IMG/VR virus record: IMGVR_UViG_3300044997_000299 | Location: 1-58,954 of that record | Direction: 5' to 3' (one strand) | DNA: 58,954 nt | Source: a virus | Taxonomy: Duplodnaviria; Caudoviricetes | Shown: piece after piece, positions 29,590-35,680 of the stretch | Numbering within the stretch: position 1 is the stretch's first letter | Layout: the number at the start of each line of letters is the position of its first letter | Made by a program: the position numbers and the translations under genes | The notes under the pieces: model-generated | The model's input: only the letters and a program-made list of their open reading frames with translations | The model's database searches: none | Told to the model about the DNA's origin: nothing

Positions 29590-29722
29590 AAGTAAAATGC
29601 AGTATATATTTGTGTCAATGTTTGCACAAGTCAACGACTGTAAGATACATCTGCAGTTTTAAGGGGGTGTAGGGTGCTAGAAGTATGTTTTAATAGGTTG
29701 CAAGAAATAGAGATACTAATTT

Positions 29723-29749
29723 AACTAGGGCGTGAAACACGCCCTAGTT
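29723..29749 (-). terminator. 12-bp perfect hairpin closing the early region
   Basis: aactagggcgtg-aaa-cacgccctagtt. Confidence 0.7.
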
Positions 29750-29758
29750 GTAAGATAG

Positions 29759-30046
29759 TTAGTGTTGTGTTGTTTGCCGATTAGCCATGTCCCTTTGTAC
29801 GTTAAACTTGTCCGCCAAGTCTTGAGATAATTCACGTCCGAAGTTAGCTATTTTCAAGTCACTCTGATTCGCGATAATAAATTCAAATATCTTCGAATCA
29901 AGATAACTAGCTAATAGTTGCCAATCGATAAATTGTATTTTGTTTTTAAAAGTATCGATTTGTTTTTTTAACTCAATAATTATCTCATCACTACTTTTAT
30001 TTTGAGACACAATCTGGTTAAGTTTTTCTAATTCGAATTTTTTCAT
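29759..30046 (-). CDS. hypothetical early protein
   Basis: 95-aa ORF coupled to upstream gene. Confidence 0.65.
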   Translation of the reverse strand: MKKFELEKLNQIVSQNKSSDEIIIELKKQIDTFKNKIQFIDWQLLASYLDSKIFEFIIANQSDLKIANFGRELSQDLADKFNVQRDMANRQTTQH

Positions 30047-30372
30047 ATTAACTCCTTAATGTCATGAGTATATGAGGTTCGAATAGACTTTGTCGAGAAC
30101 TTTTTAAACAATTCCATATTGTCTTTTTTAAAGTCCTCTTGAGAAAAAATATTTATCTCTTTAACATCTTTGTTAATCGAATAAATAAATTTATCTTTTT
30201 GTATCGTTAGATTATTTGTTTTTAACAAATCAAAAAGTTGAACTAATTCTGGCTTGATAATTCTATTCCAGTCAGAATTTAACTCCGCTTTTTTTTCTAA
30301 CAAATCACACGCGCGAACTATCAACTGTTTATTTTTAGTTGATAATTCTATTTTTGTTTTTTGTTTTGTCAT
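30043..30372 (-). CDS. hypothetical early protein (start revised to MTKQK)
   Basis: GAAAGGGA RBS before ATG at 30372. Confidence 0.65.
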   Translation of the reverse strand: MTKQKTKIELSTKNKQLIVRACDLLEKKAELNSDWNRIIKPELVQLFDLLKTNNLTIQKDKFIYSINKDVKEINIFSQEDFKKDNMELFKKFSTKSIRTSYTHDIKELI

Positions 30373-30402
30373 TGTTTCCCTTTCATTAGTTATTAATGAC
30401 AA

Positions 30403-30436
30403 TAATTATCTTATATACATAAGATAATTAAAACAA
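30403..30436 (-). promoter_or_regulatory. promoter with palindromic operator 1
   Basis: TAATTATCTTAT-ATAC-ATAAGATAATTA; TTGTTT-17-TAAGAT on the - strand. Confidence 0.75.
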
Positions 30437-30602
30437 GAAATATTTTTAATTATGTACAATTATTTTTTTACTGTTGCTTCTTTGCAACATTCATATCAAA
30501 TTTAAAAATCTAATGTTTAAAACCAAAACACTACCCTGCAACCAACTCCACCAGTTCCACCGTTGTCAGCTGCATCCCATCCGCTGCTTTAATAAATTAA
30601 TC

Positions 30603-30636
30603 ACGGAACGGGAACAGGATGGGAAACGGGACGGGA
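30603..30636 (+). repeat. GGGAAC-type G-tract cluster A
   Basis: acggaacgggaacaggatgggaaacgggacggga (4 GGG runs). Confidence 0.85.
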
Positions 30637-30732
30637 TTAGAGAAGAAGTAAAATTAAAAATAAAAGTAAAAGCAATTGGCCTGCTGTGGTAAACAACAGG
30701 CCAATCACTGCAAGGATTGAAATCCAAAACAT
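30637..30732 (-). CDS. 31-aa hydrophobic membrane micropeptide (not in ORF track)
   Basis: MFWISILAVIGLLFTTAGQLLLLLFLILLLL; TAATG-coupled to the upstream gene. Confidence 0.65.
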   Translation of the reverse strand: MFWISILAVIGLLFTTAGQLLLLLFLILLLL

Positions 30733-30965
30733 TAAACCACTACTTCAATCCAAGTATCATTCCTTAAAACTTTTTTAACTTGATTGATGTAAACTGATCC
30801 GGCCTCATCGAACAAACCAACCTCTGACCCTTTACAGTCAACTAAGATTGTCTGTTTAAGACCGCGACCTTGTTTCGGTGACTCCAAAAGAACGCCGGAA
30901 GTTTCAAGACCTAACTGATTTGTTTTTACTTTATCACCTTTTTTTAACTCTATTGCTTTTATCAT
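30732..30965 (-). CDS. hypothetical early protein
   Basis: 77 aa, AGGAG RBS. Confidence 0.75.
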   Translation of the reverse strand: MIKAIELKKGDKVKTNQLGLETSGVLLESPKQGRGLKQTILVDCKGSEVGLFDEAGSVYINQVKKVLRNDTWIEVVV

Positions 30966-30983
30966 AGTGCTCCTTTTGTTTGT

Positions 30984-31026
30984 TATCTTATATACATAAG
31001 ATAGCTTATTACTGAAGTCAAGTCAA
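30984..31026 (-). promoter_or_regulatory. promoter with palindromic operator 2
   Basis: TATCTTATATACATAAGATA (30984-31003), identical to copy 1; TTGACT-17-TATCTT. Confidence 0.75.
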
Positions 31027-31102
31027 AAATAGAAAAAATTGCAGGGAGATCCAGGATGCGCTGGATGGTATTATTATTAACATCTGCAAACAAGTCACGC
31101 AT

Positions 31103-31141
31103 CACGGAACGGGAACGGGACGGGCGACCGTGGTCGCCCGT
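31103..31141 (+). repeat. G-tract cluster B with GC hairpin
   Basis: cacggaacgggaacgggacggg; acgggcgacc-gt-ggtcgcccgt. Confidence 0.8.
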
Positions 31142-31152
31142 GAACTTTTAAT

Positions 31153-31746
31153 TTAGCAAATTTTAAAACCGCCTGACTCTTCGGCAAACTCTGCGAACTC
31201 TTGAACGTTTTTTATATTAAACGGATAATCGCCAGTCCAGTCTTTTTTATTTTGTATTACGTTCCATTTTTCGTAATCTTCTTTAGGATAATCACGCGGA
31301 GCAATACCCATTCCATGCTTTTTTACCATTTCTTGATGGAACTTTTGCGCCTCTTCTTCAACTTTTTTGTTGTGTGCCTCTGCTTTCTTATAATCTGCCA
31401 TGTGTTGTTCGGCATACATTTTTGTATGTCCGACCTTAATTAAATGTTTTAACTGTTTAGCAATTTCTCTTGCAACAGTTTCATTTACCTTAAAACCACT
31501 ATTCTCGTGCCAGTAGTCTACATGTTCTTCTTCCACACAACCAGTGAACTCGATTATATAATTCGCAAGAGGTCTCCACCACCAAACATTATTGCGAAAG
31601 TAATAACCTTTGTTCTCTTCTTCAAACTTGTCCATCTGCTTGAAGTAATCGTCTTTTTCTTTTTCGGTTGCTGTGTTCCAGTCTATTTTAGGTTTCACAG
31701 AACCTTCTTTAATTTTCGGATTTAATCCGTACACGTCCATACCCAT
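31153..31746 (-). CDS. conserved early phage protein
   Basis: MGMDVYG...YFRNNVWWWRPL...YPF...FAEF...SGGF.IC. Confidence 0.8.
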   Translation of the reverse strand: MGMDVYGLNPKIKEGSVKPKIDWNTATEKEKDDYFKQMDKFEEENKGYYFRNNVWWWRPLANYIIEFTGCVEEEHVDYWHENSGFKVNETVAREIAKQLKHLIKVGHTKMYAEQHMADYKKAEAHNKKVEEEAQKFHQEMVKKHGMGIAPRDYPKEDYEKWNVIQNKKDWTGDYPFNIKNVQEFAEFAEESGGFKIC

Positions 31747-31772
31747 GGTTGCTCCTTATGTTGTTTATTTAT

Positions 31773-31805
31773 TATCTTATATATATGAGATACTTTTAAA
31801 GTCAA
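31773..31805 (-). promoter_or_regulatory. promoter with palindromic operator 3
   Basis: TATCTTATATATATGAGATA (31773-31792); TTGACT at 31800-31805. Confidence 0.7.
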
Positions 31806-31925
31806 TTAACTTTTTAGTTGTATTTAAAATAAATCATATTAGTCCTCTCAATGCAGGAATTTCCGCACCTTTTTCCGATGCAGCTACCTTCAGGATGGTG
31901 AACTTCTCTTTGATTAATCAAGACT

Positions 31926-31957
31926 ACGGGAACGGGACGTGGGATGCGGGAACGGGA
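31926..31957 (+). repeat. G-tract cluster C
   Basis: acgggaacgggacgtgggatgcgggaacggga (5 GGG runs). Confidence 0.85.
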
Positions 31958-32050
31958 CTACATCAACAAAATCAACAGAAGCAGCAGAGCTACCTGCCCT
32001 GGTACTGTGAACAGCAGCAGGGCAAGTAATAATAGTAACAACCAAAACAT
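31958..32050 (-). CDS. 30-aa hydrophobic micropeptide, paralog of 30637-30732 (not in ORF track)
   Basis: MFWLLLLLLALLLFTVPGQVALLLLLILLM; no obvious SD. Confidence 0.55.
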   Translation of the reverse strand: MFWLLLLLLALLLFTVPGQVALLLLLILLM

Positions 32051-32065
32051 GATGCGGGAACGGGA
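32051..32065 (+). repeat. G-tract cluster D; 15-bp direct repeat of 31943-31957
   Basis: gatgcgggaacggga. Confidence 0.85.
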
Positions 32066-32076
32066 TCAGCTTTTGT

Positions 32077-32175
32077 CTATTTTAAATTAGGCCTTGTAAC
32101 TCTATCTCTAATAGTTCCTGCAAACTCAGGATAAAGAATCGCAATGAGTGCAGGAACTATTATTAATGTCCACAT
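32077..32175 (-). CDS. 32-aa membrane micropeptide (not in ORF track)
   Basis: MWTLIIVPALIAILYPEFAGTIRDRVTRPNLK; starts right after the upstream stop, AAAGG RBS. Confidence 0.55.
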   Translation of the reverse strand: MWTLIIVPALIAILYPEFAGTIRDRVTRPNLK

Positions 32176-32176
32176 G

Positions 32177-32416
32177 TTACGCTACCTTTTTCCGATGACC
32201 AAACAAATCTAAGATGTGTGTATCCAGAATTTCCCACGAGATGCCAACATTTGCATCATGATACTTCAAACACAAATCAAGAACTTGACGGCATTCCTCC
32301 TTGTTTAGTCTGATATTTATGTTTTGGGCTTGTTCCTTAACGTCTTCGACATTCCACAAAATGGAGATGTGATCATCATCAACCCAACCCCACTTCGGTA
32401 ATTTTTTCTTTCTCAT
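32177..32416 (-). CDS. hypothetical early protein
   Basis: W..EDV...L...ECR.VL......HDA..GISW motif. Confidence 0.75.
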   Translation of the reverse strand: MRKKKLPKWGWVDDDHISILWNVEDVKEQAQNINIRLNKEECRQVLDLCLKYHDANVGISWEILDTHILDLFGHRKKVA

Positions 32417-32418
32417 AA

Positions 32419-32598
32419 TTAAAACCTAATTGGTTCAGCTTTTCTAAAATCGTCTTCAAGAAAAATTGGCTCTCCTGATATTTCATAGCCCGCTTGTTCT
32501 ATTAAAATTTTTTTAGCCATTCTTTCATTTTTTGCATAGATCTTATATTGCATAGTTGCAGGTATATCGTATACAAAAAGTTTATTTTTATTTTTCAT
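32419..32598 (-). CDS. 59-aa hypothetical early protein (not in ORF track)
   Basis: MKNKNKLFVYDIPATMQYKIYAKNERMAKK...; fills an operon gap. Confidence 0.6.
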   Translation of the reverse strand: MKNKNKLFVYDIPATMQYKIYAKNERMAKKILIEQAGYEISGEPIFLEDDFRKAEPIRF

Positions 32599-32599
32599 T

Positions 32600-32902
32600 T
32601 TAATATTTTAATTTAATTTGATTAGGCCTTGTAACTCTATCTCTACCAGTTTCATAAAACAAAGTATCATGAAGTTTCCATTTTTTAAGATGACGAGCTT
32701 CGTTGGCCACAGTCCCAAAACCACGGCGCTGAGTTCCTGATCTTATCTGCACCCACATCTTTTCGTTTACATTACCTTCAGTAAACCATACGTAAACAAA
32801 ATTTTTAAAGTCCTTTAATAGTTCTTGTTTTTTTATTTTGAAGTAAGTTTCTTTACCGTGCTCTTTGCACGTATAAATCATATTTTCTTTCGGCTTCTGC
32901 AT
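32600..32902 (-). CDS. hypothetical early protein (DUF2314-like EKMWV motif)
   Basis: EKMWV...G...N; AGGAG RBS. Confidence 0.7.
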   Translation of the reverse strand: MQKPKENMIYTCKEHGKETYFKIKKQELLKDFKNFVYVWFTEGNVNEKMWVQIRSGTQRRGFGTVANEARHLKKWKLHDTLFYETGRDRVTRPNQIKLKY

Positions 32903-32934
32903 CGTGGCTCCTTTTGTTAATTGTTAAAGCAAAC

Positions 32935-32972
32935 TGTCCCATACATATAAGATAAGTAATTCCTAATGTCAA
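32935..32972 (-). promoter_or_regulatory. promoter with degenerate operator 4
   Basis: TGTCCCATACATATAAGATA (32935-32954); TTGACA-17-TATATG. Confidence 0.7.
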
Positions 32973-33100
32973 GTATAATTTTAAAATATTTTTCTACTAC
33001 GCCACAGATTGTGACGCACCGACCACAGACCTTGGTGAGCAGCATGCTACCCTGGTGAAGTAGAATCCTGATCCGTGATTCGATGTTTGTGGATCTTGGC

Positions 33101-33131
33101 TACGGGACGGGAACTAGAAACGGGAATGGGA
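33101..33131 (+). repeat. G-tract cluster E
   Basis: tacgggacgggaactagaaacgggaatggga. Confidence 0.8.
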
Positions 33132-33134
33132 GCT

Positions 33135-33197
33135 TAAAAATGGTAGCCCAACGGACACTAAACAGGAGCTAATTATTTAGAGGATGTCGAGCTACCG
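33135..33197 (-). ncRNA. candidate anti-Shine-Dalgarno small RNA 1
   Basis: Own promoter, 11-bp stem with G-U pairs, apical AUUAGCUCC loop, 3' U tract. Confidence 0.6.
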
Positions 33198-33203
33198 ACC
33201 ACA

Positions 33204-33232
33204 AATATAATCATCATGGGATGTGATGTCAA
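33204..33232 (-). promoter_or_regulatory. sigma70 promoter of sRNA 1
   Basis: TTGACA (33227-33232), 17 bp, TATATT (33204-33209). Confidence 0.75.
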
Positions 33233-33235
33233 CAA

Positions 33236-33670
33236 TTATTTTTTATTTGTTTTTGAACTTGCATCCTGGTGCCCTGAAGTAGATGCCTGATGGGTGATTA
33301 TCTTATTTAAAACCGCGGTCCATGAAACGGGGTGCGGGAAATGGGAAACGGGAAGCGTGAATAACGGATCAGGGTGCAAGCAAGAATTGTAGTCATAAAG
33401 TTTTACGGCCCTCAGCCTGAGGTCGAAATTTAAGATAAAAACTCTGCCACCAGCACTACCGCGTTTTAAAATCCACGCTTTTTGATATTTAGTTAATGAA
33501 GTTTGTTTTCTCTTTTTTACCTTCAACTCGAGCCAAAATTCAGTTCCTCGATAACATCCATTGACATCGGGAATGCCAAGTCCAACATTAGTTTCGATTC
33601 TTTGAAAGTGTACGTTTGGCAACGCTTTTTTTATTTTTTGGTATAGCTTCGATTCTTCTTTTTGCATCAA
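33236..33670 (-). CDS. VRR-NUC/Holliday-junction resolvase-like nuclease
   Basis: E..L...RIE...G.PD....FWLELK.......Q.AW.....GG..FIL. Confidence 0.8.
   Translation of the reverse strand: MMQKEESKLYQKIKKALPNVHFQRIETNVGLGIPDVNGCYRGTEFWLELKVKKRKQTSLTKYQKAWILKRGSAGGRVFILNFDLRLRAVKLYDYNSCLHPDPLFTLPVSHFPHPVSWTAVLNKIITHQASTSGHQDASSKTNKK
33329..33353 (+). repeat. G-tract cluster F (inside nuclease 3' tail)
   Basis: ggggtgcgggaaatgggaaacggga. Confidence 0.75.
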
Positions 33671-34016
33671 ATTTTCCGCAAACTAAATGCGTTTGTAGAT
33701 AGGGTAAAAACCATTTGTTATCTCTAAAAACTTGTGAAAGACTGTTTGAAATAGCGTTAACAATTAATTCCTCGTTTTTTTCTTTAAAAAGTAAATTTCC
33801 TTGTGAGCTAAGTCCCGCTTGATAGACACAAGCGTGAATAATTTCGTGTAAGAGGGTATTGGCCTCTGATCTAGCATTCTGTTCTTTTTGGATATCGATT
33901 TTAGCGTTGCTACTGTCATATTCTCCTAAAACATTATCATCCTTCTTGTCTTTTGTCTCAAAATTAATTAAATTAATTGCAATATCTTCAAATCCAATTT
34001 TAATCTTTTTTTTCAT
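33588..34016 (-). CDS. HEXXH metallopeptidase-like protein (start revised to MKKKIK)
   Basis: TLLHEIIHA...EE..VN; GGAG RBS. Confidence 0.75.
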   Translation of the reverse strand: MKKKIKIGFEDIAINLINFETKDKKDDNVLGEYDSSNAKIDIQKEQNARSEANTLLHEIIHACVYQAGLSSQGNLLFKEKNEELIVNAISNSLSQVFRDNKWFLPYLQTHLVCGKFDAKRRIEAIPKNKKSVAKRTLSKNRN

Positions 34017-34096
34017 TAGTTTTAATCTCCACCGCACCTAAAGACATGTTTAAGTGCTTGTTATGTACTCTATTAAACTGCACCCAAAAATCTTCT

Positions 34097-34603
34097 TTAA
34101 GAAGATTTTTTGTTTTCTTCGATTTCAAGGACTTTTTCAAACGATATCTCATCTTTAAGCTCATTGATTGTTTTGATTAATTCATCTTTTGTCATCGCTG
34201 ACAAGTCTTGCACTTTAATCTCTTTTCGATCAATGTAAAAGCCTGCTGCTTGCCCAAGCCTAAATTCTGCATTAATAGCCGCAGCAAGTTGGTTTTTATC
34301 TTCGGCTTTTTTTGAAAGTGAGTCTAATCTTTTTAAATGTCTTAAATAATCCTTATAGGTATTTGTTTTTGTCTCACGCAATCTTTCAATATACGCAACA
34401 ACATGAGGAAACTTATCTGGGTTTGTTAATAGACTTCCCCATTTACCAGTGGTTGTTTCGGCATAACCTGCGTGACGGGCAGCTTCTTGTTTTGTACAAT
34501 CAGGGTAATTAGCAACATAAAATTCTGCAAATGCACGTTGTTTACCAGTTAAAAGCTCAGCCCCTTTCAAATTTGCTTTAACTTCTTGAACTAAAGTTTC
34601 CAT
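34097..34603 (-). CDS. terS: terminase small subunit
   Basis: LT.KQRAFAEFY...EAARHAGY HTH; AAINAE..LG...G.YIDRKEI. Confidence 0.75.
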   Translation of the reverse strand: METLVQEVKANLKGAELLTGKQRAFAEFYVANYPDCTKQEAARHAGYAETTTGKWGSLLTNPDKFPHVVAYIERLRETKTNTYKDYLRHLKRLDSLSKKAEDKNQLAAAINAEFRLGQAAGFYIDRKEIKVQDLSAMTKDELIKTINELKDEISFEKVLEIEENKKSS

Positions 34604-34911
34604 GAATTTTTAATTATAATATAGATATTTCTATGTAAATAACACTGTAAAGGTAAGAAAAGTTTTCTTGTCCAGTAGAATAATAGTACATATATGTTAA
34701 CTATATTGATTATTATTGTTATTTTATTTGTATTTATTGAATTTAGTGTTCAGTGTACTTTCAGGGTAGTATGCTGAAAGAATAACTATTGGTATATCTA
34801 TCTTATTTGATGTTTTCAGCTTGTCAGTGTACTTTTAAGTTTATTTTTATGTAGAGACATGAAAAGGTCTAATGTATCTATATATGTGGCTGAAATTTGT
34901 GATTTAATTGA

Positions 34912-34968
34912 TTTTTTTGATGGTGGACTGAATGAATCAGCCCACCATAACTAATGAAAGGTAGGTGT
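34912..34968 (-). ncRNA. candidate antisense small RNA 2
   Basis: TGGACA/TG-A-TATAAA promoter (~34973-35002), single-stranded CCUACCUUUCAUUAGUU, then a 12-bp hairpin with a G-U pair. Confidence 0.5.
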
Positions 34969-35046
34969 GTTATTTATATCACAGTCCGTGATCCGTTGTC
35001 CACACCCCTGCGTTCAATAATTGCCTAAATTAATGCAGGCAATAGG

Positions 35047-35202
35047 TTAATTGTCCTTATCGTCCTCGTCTTGATCTTTCAGATCTTCATCTTCATCTTC
35101 ATCTTGTATTTCAAGAACTGACTTAATATTTTCTACGTCAGATTCTAGTTTTTCGATTTTTTCTTGTAGTTGTTCTATAACGTTTTTGTTGTCTTCACTC
35201 AT
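35047..35202 (-). CDS. 51-aa acidic coiled-coil peptide (not in ORF track)
   Basis: MSEDNKNVIEQLQEKIEKLESDVENIKSVLEIQDEDEDEDLKDQDEDDKDN; AGGAG RBS. Confidence 0.7.
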   Translation of the reverse strand: MSEDNKNVIEQLQEKIEKLESDVENIKSVLEIQDEDEDEDLKDQDEDDKDN

Positions 35203-35225
35203 TGTATTCTCCTATTTTTTTTATT

Positions 35226-35381
35226 TTACTCTTCGTCTTCGTCTTCGTCTTGGTTCTTATCTTCATCCTCGTCATTTTCAACATCATTTTCGAGCTCTAT
35301 TACCTTATCTCGTAAAGCAATTAAATCATCTTCAATTCTGTCGATAATGTCTTGGATTGTTTCTTTTTTTTTCTTTCCCAA
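35226..35381 (-). CDS. 51-aa acidic coiled-coil peptide, TTG start (not in ORF track)
   Basis: MGKKKKETIQDIIDRIEDDLIALRDKVIELENDVENDEDEDKNQDEDEDEE; GGAGG RBS. Confidence 0.7.
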   Translation of the reverse strand: MGKKKKETIQDIIDRIEDDLIALRDKVIELENDVENDEDEDKNQDEDEDEE

Positions 35382-35507
35382 AATCTACCTCCACGAGGCC
35401 AAATATACAAAAAATTATATGGGATAAAGCCCCGTAAAAGCCTTAATTTTCGCGATGTATGCTCAGTAGACGATAAATGCTCAATAGACTATGAAAATTA
35501 AAAATAT

Positions 35508-35633
35508 TTATTTTTTAAATGTTTTAAATAAATCTTCTGCAGCATCTGTGTAAAACTTTTGAATATTATTAAAATAATTGCTCCAAAATGCTTTAACATC
35601 ACTATAAGAAGGTATTATAAATAGTTTTTCCAT
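35508..35633 (-). CDS. 41-aa amphipathic peptide (not in ORF track)
   Basis: MEKLFIIPSYSDVKAFWSNYFNNIQKFYTDAAEDLFKTFKK; CAGGAG RBS. Confidence 0.65.
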   Translation of the reverse strand: MEKLFIIPSYSDVKAFWSNYFNNIQKFYTDAAEDLFKTFKK

Positions 35634-35680
35634 GTTATTTCTCCTGTTTTCTAAATATATATGTTGCAGTGCAACAAAAT

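Noticed and set aside
30474-32029. + strand ORFs 30474-30692, 31201, 31507 and 31673-32029
   Set aside because: They run through repeats/promoters or oppose real genes; better explained by - strand micropeptides
33135-33197. tRNA interpretation of the structured RNA
   Set aside because: No cloverleaf, TTC-GA T-loop or CCA; no tRNA recognised anywhere in the window
30603-33353. CRISPR array or integron interpretation of the GGGAAC repeats
   Set aside because: Repeats are degenerate and irregularly spaced; no constant spacers, cas genes or integrase
35170-35427. Ser/Phe-rich + strand 85-aa ORF
   Set aside because: Mirror of the acidic - strand peptides, which have strong RBSs
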